64,000 nucleotides of DNA from an uncultured bacterium (GCA_963713925.1 OY970212.1:544001-608000), one strand, 5' to 3'; positions 27,717 through 38,126 are shown, numbered from the stretch's first letter. Translations and numbers: made by a program. Notes: generated by a model from the letters alone, not told the origin.

Positions 27717-29132
27717 ATGGACCTTCTTTCGTTGGCATTTCTTTTGTATATCGGCGTAATTGCCATAATTAGTCTGGGAGCCGCTTTGAGTCGCGGGGGG
27801 CAAGAGCTCGTGCTGGGAGGCCGTCGAGTGCATTGGCTGGTGACAGCAATTTCAGCTCACGCAGCAGATATGAGCGATTGGCTTTTTATGGCGCTACCCG
27901 CAGCAATCTATCAAAAAGGTGCCATTGAAATACCTATTGCGCTTGGGCTCGTTTTTGGCATGTGGTTGGTCTGGCAATTTCTTGCAACCAAGTTGCGACA
28001 AGAAACTGAAAAAACGGGGGCAAACACCCTGGTTTCATATTTTGAAATCAGTTATCACGATACGCAAGGCATTATCAGCATTCTAAGTGCCATTATCATG
28101 ATTTTCTTCTTTACAATCTATCTTGCTGCGGGCATCAAGGGTGTGGTGTATGTGTTGGGCAATGTATTTGGCATCAGTGATGTTACTGCGGCGCTCTTGA
28201 CGATAGGAGTGACGCTGATGACATTATTATTTGGTGGATTTATCGCGGCATCGTGGGTTGATTTTTTTCAAGGGATATTCTTGCTCGGGTCAATTGTTTT
28301 GACGGCGGTTTTTGGTTATCAAGCGGTTGGCGGCTGGCAAGCAATAAGTGCAGCCGCTCATGCGCAAGGCTTGTCGCTCAATCCATTTTCCGGGCACAGT
28401 ATACTCCAGATTATTGTTGGGCCCTTCGCATGGGGGTTGGGATATTTCGGTATGCCACATATTTTGTCAAAATTTATGGGAGCTTCCGATGCAGAAAAAT
28501 TGTATAAATCCAAATATATCGGGCTTTCATGGCAAGTTGTAGCGCTCGCATCAGCTGTCTGTATTGGGTTAATTGCAATACCATTTTTTTCAAATGGATT
28601 GGTTAACCCCGAAAAAGATCTTTTTATAAACATGACACTTCAATTGTTTCCTACATTCATAGCTGGTCTTATCTTTTGTGGCATTCTATCGGCAACTCTT
28701 TCAACCATGAATTCACAAATGCATGTATTGGCCAGTGTGTTTGCAAATGATATTTATGCAAAAAAAATGAATCCTGCTGCAACACAGAAAGCAATTGCGT
28801 TTGCATTCCGCGGGGCTGTCATTGTGTGTGTATCAATCGCATTTATCTTGGCATTGTGGCACAACACCACTATTTTTAGTCTCGTGCAATTTGCCTGGGC
28901 GGGGCTGGGCGCTGCGTTTGGCCCATTAACACTCTTTACCGTGTATAAATATCCGGTTACGCGCTTGGCAGCTCGATTGAGCATTGTATTAGGGGCGGCG
29001 GCCTCCATTTTGTGGAAGCTGTATGGAATTACCATTGCCGGTCTTGCGATTAACGAAATTGTGCCGGGGTTTATTGTCGGGTGCGCAACATTACTTCTAC
29101 TTAGCTGCCGTCCTCGGCCTACGAAGATTTAA
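27717..29132 (+). CDS. putP: Sodium/proline symporter
   Basis: AISAHAADMSDWLFMALPAA, WGLGYFGMPHIL, AWAGLGAAFGP. Confidence 0.9.
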   Translation: MDLLSLAFLLYIGVIAIISLGAALSRGGQELVLGGRRVHWLVTAISAHAADMSDWLFMALPAAIYQKGAIEIPIALGLVFGMWLVWQFLATKLRQETEKTGANTLVSYFEISYHDTQGIISILSAIIMIFFFTIYLAAGIKGVVYVLGNVFGISDVTAALLTIGVTLMTLLFGGFIAASWVDFFQGIFLLGSIVLTAVFGYQAVGGWQAISAAAHAQGLSLNPFSGHSILQIIVGPFAWGLGYFGMPHILSKFMGASDAEKLYKSKYIGLSWQVVALASAVCIGLIAIPFFSNGLVNPEKDLFINMTLQLFPTFIAGLIFCGILSATLSTMNSQMHVLASVFANDIYAKKMNPAATQKAIAFAFRGAVIVCVSIAFILALWHNTTIFSLVQFAWAGLGAAFGPLTLFTVYKYPVTRLAARLSIVLGAAASILWKLYGITIAGLAINEIVPGFIVGCATLLLLSCRPRPTKI

Positions 29133-29181
29133 TGAAGTAGGCAGCTTCGAAGAACAGGTTATTAGGGAATTATTGCCTGCC

Positions 29182-30033
29182 CTACGAAGGCTTGCCGGAG
29201 TAGGGTTTCAGCGCTGACACATGTTCGTAAAGCTTCAGCGTGAGCTCAGCGTTTGTTGTTGTTTGCAATGCTACTTGTTCAAAACTAATTTCTCTCAGTT
29301 TCGCGATATAGATTGCGATATCTTTAATGTAAAGTGGGTGATTTGGTTTGCCGCGAATCGTTTGTGGGGGCAAATAGGGGGCATCTGTTTCAAGTACGAT
29401 TTGTTCAAGTGGCGCATGAGCGACGATCTCTCTCAGCTGCACATTCTTTGGGTAGGTCAGAATGCCACCAATGCCGAGCATGAAACCCCATGAGAGAACA
29501 AGTTGTGCAAAATCAGGATCTTCAGAAAAACAATGGATAATGCAGCGCTTGAGATCATTAGTATATTCTTCAAGCACGCGTAACGTTTCTTCACCCGCAT
29601 CACGAGTATGTACAATAAGTGCCAAATCATTATTAAGCGCTATATCAATCTGTGCCTTGAACGCATCTTTTTGTCGTTGTACATCAAAATCGGGATAATG
29701 AAAATCTAATCCGCATTCACCGATCGCGACAATCTTCTTTTCCATCTTTTGGCGCGCGAGTATCTCGATTTGTTTGATATCGTCTCTCCATGAGGCAGTT
29801 GTATCATTGGGGTGGACGCCAATTGCTGCAAAACAAGAGTCATATAATTGAGCCAAAGCGATACAATTGAGGCTTTCCGGGAGCGATGTGCCCACATTAA
29901 TAAATGTTGTGACATCATTAAGCTCCGCTTGTTGGATAATTGATGCTGCTTGATCAATTTCAGAACGCGTCAGTAAACGATCGAAATCTTTTTTAAGCAT
30001 AATATTCATATGAGCATGGGTATCAATCAACAT
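29182..30033 (-). CDS. tatD: TatD-family DNase
   Basis: IDTHAH, GVHP, IGECGLD, HTRDA, HCFS, ETDAPYL. Confidence 0.93.
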   Translation of the reverse strand: MLIDTHAHMNIMLKKDFDRLLTRSEIDQAASIIQQAELNDVTTFINVGTSLPESLNCIALAQLYDSCFAAIGVHPNDTTASWRDDIKQIEILARQKMEKKIVAIGECGLDFHYPDFDVQRQKDAFKAQIDIALNNDLALIVHTRDAGEETLRVLEEYTNDLKRCIIHCFSEDPDFAQLVLSWGFMLGIGGILTYPKNVQLREIVAHAPLEQIVLETDAPYLPPQTIRGKPNHPLYIKDIAIYIAKLREISFEQVALQTTTNAELTLKLYEHVSALKPYSGKPS

Positions 30034-30144
30034 AAAATATCCCTTGTGTTTTTTCTGCTTGCGATACATGCGATTAAATCGTCTGTATCGTGACGTAAGT
30101 CAAACTAATCTAGAGTCGGACAAATGCAATGTTCGTGTCAACAT

Positions 30145-30172
30145 TTGACAAATGAATAAATGAAACTACTCT
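30145..30172 (+). promoter_or_regulatory. Putative sigma70 promoter of the HU gene
   Basis: TTGACA-16 nt-TACTCT. Confidence 0.45.
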
Positions 30173-30259
30173 AAGTTACAGGAATTGTAAATTGAAAAAA
30201 GACAGTATTAATGAAGAAGCAGTGTTTTAACCATATTTTTTTATTCAGAGGAGTTCTCC

Positions 30260-30547
30260 ATGAACAAAAGTGAGTTGATAAATTCACTCAGTGAAGAGAC
30301 CACATTCAGCAAAAAAGATGTGACTCGTGTTGTAGATTCTCTCACACGTATCATCGAACGTTGCCTTAAAAAAGGTGAGAAAGTATCAATTACCGGATTC
30401 GGTAGTTTCTGGATTTCTCGACGCCCAGCGCGTAAAGGGATTAATCCATCAACAAAACAACGTATTGATCTTCCGGCGGTAAATGTTACTCGTTTCAAAG
30501 CCGGTAAAAACTTACGTGAAGTTGTTAAAGCTGTTAGAGTTAGTTAA
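30260..30547 (+). CDS. hup: DNA-binding protein HU
   Basis: MNKSELI...GFGSF...ARKGINPST...FKAGKNLRE. Confidence 0.95.
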   Translation: MNKSELINSLSEETTFSKKDVTRVVDSLTRIIERCLKKGEKVSITGFGSFWISRRPARKGINPSTKQRIDLPAVNVTRFKAGKNLREVVKAVRVS

Positions 30548-30581
30548 CTAATAGCCTTAGATATCACAAAGTTACTCATGC

Positions 30582-30609
30582 AAGAGGCCACCATTTGGTG
30601 GCCTTTTCT
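30582..30609 (+). terminator. Intrinsic terminator
   Basis: aggccacca-tt-tggtggcct followed by T tract. Confidence 0.8.
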
Positions 30610-30641
30610 GTTATGTATAAATGATGTGACATCATTCTACA

Positions 30642-31505
30642 TTATTTGATCGGAATTCCAATTGATTGAGTGTCGATTTTTATACTTTTCATAGACGATA
30701 AGTTGTGACAATAAGCGTCACAGCTTCTATAGTAATCTCCCAAATGTTTCTCATAAGTATCGACAGAGTTGTGGCCATATTTTGTAAGGTCTGCTGCAAG
30801 AAAAAGTCCAACGTTTTTTTCAGCTTCATCGGCAAGCCATGCTTTTAAAGATTGCGGGTAATTTTGTCTTGCATTTTTTAATCGAATTTTTTGGATAAAG
30901 TTGTTTTCGATAGCAATCAGAGTTACCGTTTTAATACAATTGTTAAGAATAGTTGTATGAATATTGGGTGATTGGTATTTTTCTATTAAATTGCCCCATT
31001 TGATAAGGCGATACAGTTCTTCCCAAACTTCACATAAGCGAATAAGCGTTTCCTCGGATTGGTTGAGGGGAACTGTATCGTGAGGTCGGCGTTCTTGTAA
31101 TGCTTTTCGGAATAATTTTTTTAGCAAATAATCAGGCGATAAAACAGATGCAACGATCATTTTTTTGGGGAATTCTTGCGATGAAAATGTCATGCGATTA
31201 GAAACAGTATATCTTTCGCATGGCCAAACTTTATTTGGAGAGAAAAGCGTGTACTGCTCGGGGAGAGTAATACCAAGCCTTGATCGATTTGTTATTCTAA
31301 GGCGCGTCATATATTTTACGGAAGAAATTTTTTGTTCGAGTGGAATATTCGCATCGCTTAGATCTTCTAACCGAGGTAATATTATTTTTTTGATATCATC
31401 GGGAAGGAGCTCCCAGGTAGAGGAATCGCTACTTTCCGATCCTAAAAGAGCGAAAGGTAAAATAAAGAGCGATGATAGTAAAAAAGGGATCATATGTTCT
31501 TTCAA
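30642..31505 (-). CDS. Secreted protein with F-box-like N-terminal motif
   Basis: Signal peptide then WELLPDDIKKIILPRL. Confidence 0.6.
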   Translation of the reverse strand: MKEHMIPFLLSSLFILPFALLGSESSDSSTWELLPDDIKKIILPRLEDLSDANIPLEQKISSVKYMTRLRITNRSRLGITLPEQYTLFSPNKVWPCERYTVSNRMTFSSQEFPKKMIVASVLSPDYLLKKLFRKALQERRPHDTVPLNQSEETLIRLCEVWEELYRLIKWGNLIEKYQSPNIHTTILNNCIKTVTLIAIENNFIQKIRLKNARQNYPQSLKAWLADEAEKNVGLFLAADLTKYGHNSVDTYEKHLGDYYRSCDAYCHNLSSMKSIKIDTQSIGIPIK

Positions 31506-31712
31506 TCAATTCAATTAAGATAATTCTGCTAATAATTTTAATTTGCAGAGAGATAGAGTCAATCTTGTATTATTGCAATACTGGTGCGAGGCACTTTTTT
31601 GGAACAATGGAACCAATTTCAATAGCCAAATTGTTGTCTTATTTCTTGCAATCAAGCCGTTTTGCATTACACTCAACTCAAGAATGTTTACTACAGGCTC
31701 TTGGAGTGCTTT

Positions 31713-32954
31713 ATGATAGATTTGGGATTATTGCGAAATCAGCCGGAACATATTATCAGCTTAATTGAGAAAAAAGATCCGTCGTTTGATGGAAAAAAGC
31801 TATTTGATTTGGATTCTCGTGTGCGTTCGATACGCCTTGAAGTCGAATCGCTCAGACAACGTAAAAACGAGTTGGCTCAACAAGCAAAATCAGGGGTGAC
31901 TCCGGAAATCAGGCAAGAATCCATTGAGGTCGGTAAGAAGCTGAAAGATCATGAACAAACACTTGCTGATGTTGAAAAAGCATTTATGGATCTTTATTTG
32001 TCGTGCCCCAACATCGTGGAAGAAGATCTTCCGGTTGGTGGTAAAGAGGCAAATGAGGTTGTCAAAGTAGTTGGGCAAAAGAAAGAATTTTCATTCAATC
32101 CGCAAAATCATTTGGAAATTGCCACTAAGTTAGGGTGGCTTGATTTTCATGCCGGCTCCGTCATGACCGGCAGCCAATTCCCGCTCTATCGTGGTGTTGG
32201 GGCGCAATTGCTGTACAACCTTACCATGTTTATGATTCAAAACAACTTAAAGCATGGGTATGAGCTTATTTTGCCGCCGGCATTAGTCAATGAAAAATCT
32301 CTTGAATTGGCGAGCAATTTCCCCAAATTTAAAGACCAAGTCTACGCCGTTACGGAAGATCATTTATATCTCATTCCAACGGCGGAAGTGAGTCTTACAA
32401 ATCTCTATAGAAATCAAATACTATCCGGTGAACAATTGCCGATTCGCATGACTTCGTGGACGAGTTGCTTTCGAAGAGAGGCAGGAGGCCATGGAGCTAC
32501 CGAGCGTGGATTGATTCGAGTGCATCAGTTTGAGAAAGTGGAGTTATACACTATTTGCAAACCGGTCAATGCAAAGGAAGAGCAAGAACGAATGCTCGCC
32601 TGCGCAGAAGATATTTTGCAACAACTGGGGCTGCATTATCGCATCAGCTTGCTTGCAACGCAAGATTGTTCATTCCCGTCAGCGCGCACCTATGATATCG
32701 AAGTCTGGCTTCCGGGGCAAGGGCAATATTATGAAGTTTCTTCGGTGAGCAATTGCACCGACTTTCAAGCGCGCCGTGGCTTGATCAGATTTAAGGAAAC
32801 TCCCGACAGCAAGCCCGAGCTTGTTTATACGCTTAATGGATCATCGCTTGCTTTGTCTCGCCTCATGGTTGCTCTTTTTGAAACATATCAACAAGCTGAT
32901 GGTTCGGTTGCATTTCCTGAAGTCATTTCAAAGGGTGTGTTTAAGTTATCTTAA
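31713..32954 (+). CDS. serS: Serine--tRNA ligase
   Basis: LIPTAEV, CFRREAG, RGLIRVHQFEKVE, EVSSVSNCTDFQARR, TLNGS. Confidence 0.97.
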   Translation: MIDLGLLRNQPEHIISLIEKKDPSFDGKKLFDLDSRVRSIRLEVESLRQRKNELAQQAKSGVTPEIRQESIEVGKKLKDHEQTLADVEKAFMDLYLSCPNIVEEDLPVGGKEANEVVKVVGQKKEFSFNPQNHLEIATKLGWLDFHAGSVMTGSQFPLYRGVGAQLLYNLTMFMIQNNLKHGYELILPPALVNEKSLELASNFPKFKDQVYAVTEDHLYLIPTAEVSLTNLYRNQILSGEQLPIRMTSWTSCFRREAGGHGATERGLIRVHQFEKVELYTICKPVNAKEEQERMLACAEDILQQLGLHYRISLLATQDCSFPSARTYDIEVWLPGQGQYYEVSSVSNCTDFQARRGLIRFKETPDSKPELVYTLNGSSLALSRLMVALFETYQQADGSVAFPEVISKGVFKLS

Positions 32955-32985
32955 CCAGTCTAGGTTTCCGTTGAGTTTTTGAAAA

Positions 32986-33111
32986 GGTTCGTATGGTTCG
33001 ACTTCGCATTGCTACGCTCACCACGAACGGAAAAAAATGAAAAAAAGATCAGGTCATAGCAAAGTCACCGTTCGTGGTGAGCGAAATGTAATGAAGTCGA
33101 ACCATACGAAC
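32986..33111. repeat. Inverted doublet of family C repeats
   Basis: 32986-33030 is the reverse complement of 33068-33111. Confidence 0.8.
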
Positions 33112-33184
33112 GACGGGCCCCATGCGTAAGCGTGGGTAAAACGATGCAAAATGAAAATAGGTAAGAGCATTGTAAAGGAGATGT

Positions 33185-34048
33185 ATGGATCGTAGTATGA
33201 CTCATTTGTTACATCAGATAAAAATTGAAAGCAAGCGCATCGCAATGATATTAGATGCCGGCACGTCTCGATCTGTTGTCAAAGGCGCGGGGTTTGATTT
33301 TGATCAGCTGCGTGAATATGAAGCGACCGATGATTACCGCATGATCGATTGGAAAACGAGTGCTCGATGCAACCAAGTGTTGGTGAAACAGTTTAAAGAA
33401 GAAAAAAGTCGAACCTTTTTGCTTGTTTTGGATGTTTCCTGGTCAATGCGATTTACGAGCACCAAAGAATCAAAAAAAGAGCTTGGTTCATATCTGACCT
33501 TGTTAATAGCGCATGTTGGCCATTTTTTGAATGATAACATCGGGCTCATCCTATTCTCTGATAGAATTGAGTGTTACATTCCACCGGCTCGGGGCAGAAA
33601 TCATTTGCAAGCGATTATCGACGCAATTACGCGCCATGCATCAAAAGGAAAACAAACGAATCATCGACTTTTGTTTGAACATATCATGAGCTTGGCAAAG
33701 AAGAACTGGATTATCACATGCGTTACCGATGGTGTTGATACGAGCTGCGAGCAACAGTTGCGCATATTGAATAAAGTGCATGATGTGAGGATGATCATTG
33801 TTTCAGACGAAAAAGAAAAAAAATTGGCTGACGGTCCGTTGATTCATATGCAAGATATAGAAACGGGAACTCAAATATTGTGCAATATGTCTCACAATAG
33901 CGCCATTAATAAGATACTTACTTCTCGAGTTGAACAATGCAAGAAAACAGTCTCAAGCGCTCGAGTTCCAACCCTCTGGATCGACACGCACGTGCCATAC
34001 ATACCGAAACTGATTGAATTTTTTAAACGAAATATAACCGTAGCATAG
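33185..34048 (+). CDS. DUF58-family protein (MoxR-associated)
   Basis: GFDFDQLREY...DD-x-R-x-IDWKTSAR...EE...LDVSWSMRF. Confidence 0.9.
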   Translation: MDRSMTHLLHQIKIESKRIAMILDAGTSRSVVKGAGFDFDQLREYEATDDYRMIDWKTSARCNQVLVKQFKEEKSRTFLLVLDVSWSMRFTSTKESKKELGSYLTLLIAHVGHFLNDNIGLILFSDRIECYIPPARGRNHLQAIIDAITRHASKGKQTNHRLLFEHIMSLAKKNWIITCVTDGVDTSCEQQLRILNKVHDVRMIIVSDEKEKKLADGPLIHMQDIETGTQILCNMSHNSAINKILTSRVEQCKKTVSSARVPTLWIDTHVPYIPKLIEFFKRNITVA

Positions 34049-34058
34049 GGGGACTACT

Positions 34059-34553
34059 ATGCAAGAACCAAAACTGATCGATATATATCCGGTGGTAGGA
34101 AAGTCGTTTGAGTATTATTTCAGTATAAAAACGATATTATTGGGCGTTGGATTATTTGTCTTACTATTCGGCGTCTTAGGTGCGCTCGCCTATTATCTCT
34201 ATCGATATTATACGAGTGCTCACAATCGAGCGCGTCGCGATTTGAAGCGCTTGAAAAATGAACCATGTGCTACGCAGGCTCAGGCAAAGGAAGCTATTTC
34301 TCACGTTTCCCACATCGTACGTCGGTTTTTAATACAAAAATATTCATTGTCATCAACAGGCATGACTGATGCGGAACTTATTTCATTTTTGAAGACAAAA
34401 ACCTCTGATCGGGGTATTATAAAAGCAGCTGAGCAGCTTCTGCTGGCAACGCAGCATGTTCGATTCTCTCATGAGAGGACGCAAGCCGTTGCGTGTCAAC
34501 AGGCGCGACAAGAGGCAGAGCGGTTTGTTGCTGCTTGTTCTCGCGGTGCGTAG
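34059..34553 (+). CDS. Membrane-anchored protein, DUF4381/Bat-operon-like
   Basis: LIDI, one TM helix, GMTDAEL, VRF; follows DUF58. Confidence 0.65.
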   Translation: MQEPKLIDIYPVVGKSFEYYFSIKTILLGVGLFVLLFGVLGALAYYLYRYYTSAHNRARRDLKRLKNEPCATQAQAKEAISHVSHIVRRFLIQKYSLSSTGMTDAELISFLKTKTSDRGIIKAAEQLLLATQHVRFSHERTQAVACQQARQEAERFVAACSRGA

Positions 34554-34592
34554 CTCAGTGGATTTTTGATAAATATGAACTAATATCTTCTG

Positions 34593-35762
34593 TTGAAATG
34601 GATTTTTTCGTTGTTATTTGATTCTCGCGCGCAGACGCGTTCTCTTTATATTCATTGGCCTTTTTGCCCATATAAATGTCATTTCTGTCCGTTCGTCGCT
34701 CTTGCGGGGCACGATCAATTTATGCCACGCTATCATGCCGCGTTAGTCAAAGAGATTGAGCTTTTTTTTGAAGGTAAACCGTATCAGCAGTGGGATACCA
34801 TTTTCTTTGGGGGTGGAACTCCAAGCACCTATCCGGCAGAACTTCTACTTGACATGTTTGGTATACTAAGAAAGCGAGGCGAAATTTCCGAACATACGGA
34901 AATTTCATTGGAGGTTAATCCCGGAACCGTCAAGCCGGGAATGCTTAAGATGTGGAGGCAGCTTGGCATTAACCGGTTGAGTATTGGGGTGCAATCTACA
35001 AAAGATACGGTGCTTAAGGCCCTGAATCGACATCAAAAGGCGACAGACGTTCATGCATTATTAGATGAGGCGCAGGAGCATTTTAATAATTTGTCGGTTG
35101 ATTTGATTTTGGGATTACCGGGAGTAAGCAATGAGGAATGGAAGGATTTGATAGAGCATGTGGCGCAATGGCCGATTAAGCATGTTTCTATTTATTTTTT
35201 GACCATTCATGAAAATACTCCCCTCTATTTCAAAGTACAAAAAAATGAGATTGAAATTCCTGCAGATGAAACCATAATTCCGCTCTTTTATTGGACCATT
35301 GATCGGCTTGAAAAAGCAGGGATATACCAATATGAACTGTCAAATTTCGCGCGACCCGGATTTGAGAGTCGGCATAACAGTGGCTATTGGAATAGAGTGC
35401 CGTATAAAGGATTCGGGATTGGGGCATGTTCTTTTGATGGACGATGCCGGTTTCAAAATGAAAAGAGTCTCATGAAATATGTTGGATCATTGGAAGCAGG
35501 AATGCTGCCAAGTGAAAGCTTGGAAGAACTGACCGGTGATCAAATAAAAATTGAAATTCTTATGCTGGGGCTTCGAAGAAGAGAGGGTATAGCTCGACAG
35601 GAGCTTCTGGCGACTGTGGGGACATCAAGTGAGCGAGTCAAAGAATTTCTTTTGCTTGCACTTGAAAAAGGGTGGCTCGTTGAAGTTGATTCGCGCATTA
35701 AGCTGACGCCAACAGGGATGTTGCTTGAAAATGAAATTATTACTCAGCTGGCGCGAGAATAG
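34593..35762 (+). CDS. hemW: Radical SAM heme chaperone HemW
   Basis: YIHWPFCPYKCHFC, FGGGTPS, YELSNF, HNSGYW. Confidence 0.88.
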   Translation: MKWIFSLLFDSRAQTRSLYIHWPFCPYKCHFCPFVALAGHDQFMPRYHAALVKEIELFFEGKPYQQWDTIFFGGGTPSTYPAELLLDMFGILRKRGEISEHTEISLEVNPGTVKPGMLKMWRQLGINRLSIGVQSTKDTVLKALNRHQKATDVHALLDEAQEHFNNLSVDLILGLPGVSNEEWKDLIEHVAQWPIKHVSIYFLTIHENTPLYFKVQKNEIEIPADETIIPLFYWTIDRLEKAGIYQYELSNFARPGFESRHNSGYWNRVPYKGFGIGACSFDGRCRFQNEKSLMKYVGSLEAGMLPSESLEELTGDQIKIEILMLGLRRREGIARQELLATVGTSSERVKEFLLLALEKGWLVEVDSRIKLTPTGMLLENEIITQLARE

Positions 35763-35844
35763 ATTTTTAGTGGTTTTTAAATGTACATATTGGTCCTAAA
35801 AATGAACCAGTTCGTTTTTGGGTATATTGAATGGAGATTATTTT

Positions 35845-36306
35845 ATGGCGAAACATGTTGGTGTTAAGTTACCTGATGATTTGATTGCGGTATTAAAAGA
35901 AGGAAGAACGGTCGGCGTTTTGGCAACGTTTTCAGAAAAAAGTTTGCCGCATACAACGCCAATACAATGTGTCTATCCAAAGGGGTTGGAAAGCATTCTT
36001 ATATCTATCCATAAAGATCATACCGGATACCATAACATGGTGTGGCAAAAAAAGGTGATGATGTGTTTCATGGATGAAGGTAACGTAGCTTACAGCATTT
36101 TAGGGCGTGCAGGAGTAGTTAGAGCTCCATCATTAGTGCATCCATTGATGAATGTTGTGAGGATTGATATTATCGACATCAAAAGCGATCGCTCAGTTTT
36201 AACTCGGGTTGATTCAGGTATTGCCTGGTCGTATACCTCCCCTGAAGCTGAAGAGTTATCGGTTGCATTAATGGATGAACTTCGAGAGCTTGCGAAAGTT
36301 CTCTAA
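35845..36306 (+). CDS. Pyridoxamine 5'-phosphate oxidase-like (split barrel) protein
   Basis: VLATFSEKSLPHTTPI...T-x-x-NM...YSI-x-G-x-A pattern. Confidence 0.65.
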   Translation: MAKHVGVKLPDDLIAVLKEGRTVGVLATFSEKSLPHTTPIQCVYPKGLESILISIHKDHTGYHNMVWQKKVMMCFMDEGNVAYSILGRAGVVRAPSLVHPLMNVVRIDIIDIKSDRSVLTRVDSGIAWSYTSPEAEELSVALMDELRELAKVL

Positions 36307-36319
36307 AAATAGGTAAGGA

Positions 36320-37903
36320 GTGAGTATGCGCATGCGATTTGTAGTTTTATCCCTGGTAATGCTTTTGAGCTATAGTCCGATCGTTTGGTCGGCTGAAAAG
36401 CATGATGATGAGACGCATGAGGAAGCAGAAGAATCTGCCACTCAAGCAAAAAAAGAGGCTACGCCTGCTCCATCAAAAGAAGAGGCAGCTCAAAAAACAC
36501 CGGAAAAAACTGCAAGCAATGGCGCAGCTCCTACAACATCAAATGCTGCTGCAAAACCGGCTGAGAAACAAGCAGAGGCAGCAGCAAAACCGACTAATGG
36601 TGGGGCAAAACCCGCAGAGACCACAAAAGCTGAAGCTCCTGTTGAAGAAAAAACAAAACCAAGCGAGCAAAAGCAACCGAGCGGTAAAAAAGAAACAGGG
36701 CCTTCAGCTATATTAAGTCCCGCTGTTCCAGCAAAAGAAGCAAAAGAAGAGAAGAAAGAAGAATCCGCCGCTAAATCCGACTCCGCCGACGCTAAAGCTA
36801 AGGCCGTGCCCGGCAAAGCTGCAAGCGGCGACGTGGCGGGACAGGCAAAACCGGAACTTCCGGCCTCACCAAATCTTGCGCCGGTTCCTGAAAAAAAGCC
36901 TGAATCAAAATCGGTTCACGAAGAACCTCAAGGGGAGGCGGAAGCGATAAATATCGATACGCTCAACTTGGAAGAACCGCGCGGCAATTGGTTGCTCAAG
37001 CGTCGCTGGTGGGAAGAGTCTGAACGGTTATATGAAAAAATTCAGGCGATTAGCATTCGTATCGATGATATAAAAATGGCCTTTTATCAACAACGCAGCA
37101 CACTTGATCGGGAAGTATTCCCTCATTTTTATCAAAACATTGGCATCGGAGAAGGCCAATTGACGCAATTACTTGCGACGTTGAGCTCAGAAGTCATTGA
37201 TAAACATGTTCTCGCAAACAAAGAAAAAGAAGATGCGTTGGAGCGTCCGCTCATTAATCGCATGAAGGCGGAAAAAGAGAATCTCGAGCGGCTACAAAAA
37301 ATGGTGAAAGCTGTTGAAACGTATGATGTGGCAATGCAAGAAGCCCTCCTTAAATTGCGTGACCAAGTAAAAATTGCTCGTCGTTATGAAACGGAAGCAT
37401 GGGAAACCTTCAAAAATATCGCACGAGAACTGTCAGACAGAAAAGCATACGAGCATTATTATGCGGTCAAGGGATATTTAGGCAGCATCAAAGACATAGA
37501 ATCATATCTAAAAGGTGCCTTTGGCGATTATTTCAATATGCTTGATGGAAAAATTAAGCAAGAAATTGCGCAAGTGCAGAGGCTGATGGCTGACTTGCAA
37601 AAACGCGGAGTCGACTTGAAAAGGGATGCGCAAGCTCTTGAAGATATGTTGAAAAAGAAAAAAGAAGAAGAGTCAACTGAAGAGGAAGAAGAAACCGTGC
37701 AAGAAGGTTCGATTCTGTCATATATCACCTGGCCATTTGTGACCGCTTGGGCAGGTATAAAGTCGGCATTCTCTTCACTGATTTCCCTATTTTCAAATAC
37801 ATCGCAAGAGGAAGAAGAAGAAACGAGCGAGCCGGAGCCTACTTCAGCGCCAAAGACTAAATCGAACATAAAGGCGCCAACTCCTGCATCAAATGAGAAA
37901 TAG
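36320..37903 (+). CDS. Secreted protein: Ala/Pro/Glu/Lys-rich linker plus coiled coil
   Basis: Signal peptide; low-complexity N-terminal half; GNWLLKRRWW followed by a helical domain. Confidence 0.8.
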   Translation: MSMRMRFVVLSLVMLLSYSPIVWSAEKHDDETHEEAEESATQAKKEATPAPSKEEAAQKTPEKTASNGAAPTTSNAAAKPAEKQAEAAAKPTNGGAKPAETTKAEAPVEEKTKPSEQKQPSGKKETGPSAILSPAVPAKEAKEEKKEESAAKSDSADAKAKAVPGKAASGDVAGQAKPELPASPNLAPVPEKKPESKSVHEEPQGEAEAINIDTLNLEEPRGNWLLKRRWWEESERLYEKIQAISIRIDDIKMAFYQQRSTLDREVFPHFYQNIGIGEGQLTQLLATLSSEVIDKHVLANKEKEDALERPLINRMKAEKENLERLQKMVKAVETYDVAMQEALLKLRDQVKIARRYETEAWETFKNIARELSDRKAYEHYYAVKGYLGSIKDIESYLKGAFGDYFNMLDGKIKQEIAQVQRLMADLQKRGVDLKRDAQALEDMLKKKKEEESTEEEEETVQEGSILSYITWPFVTAWAGIKSAFSSLISLFSNTSQEEEEETSEPEPTSAPKTKSNIKAPTPASNEK

Positions 37904-37948
37904 TTTTGCGGCGATATACAGGTTTTTTTTGATAATTAACTTTTATCG

Positions 37949-37985
37949 AGCTCGGTTTTTGTGCAAGCAAAAACCGAGCTTTTTG
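37949..37985 (+). terminator. Intrinsic terminator
   Basis: agctcggtttttg...caaaaaccgagct + T tract. Confidence 0.8.
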
Positions 37986-38039
37986 CTTGATTAATTGCTC
38001 AGATATGGTACATTTACCCCTGAATAATTTTGAAATTCT

Positions 38040-38126
38040 GCCGAGGTGGTGAAACTGGTATACACGCAGCCTTGAGGTGGCTGTGGGAGAAATCCTGTAG
38101 GGGTTCGAGTCCCCTCCTCGGCACCA
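38040..38126 (+). tRNA. tRNA-Leu(GAG)
   Basis: GCCGAGG/CCTCGGC stem, cagcc-TTGAGGT-ggctg anticodon arm, long variable arm, CCA. Confidence 0.95.

Noticed and set aside
30136..30150. TGTCA-N5-TGACA palindrome over the HU -35 box
   Set aside because: Single occurrence; no regulator can be assigned from sequence alone.
36490..37869. Many short antisense or alternate-frame ORFs inside long genes
   Set aside because: Shadow ORFs of well-supported CDSs with no recognisable motifs.
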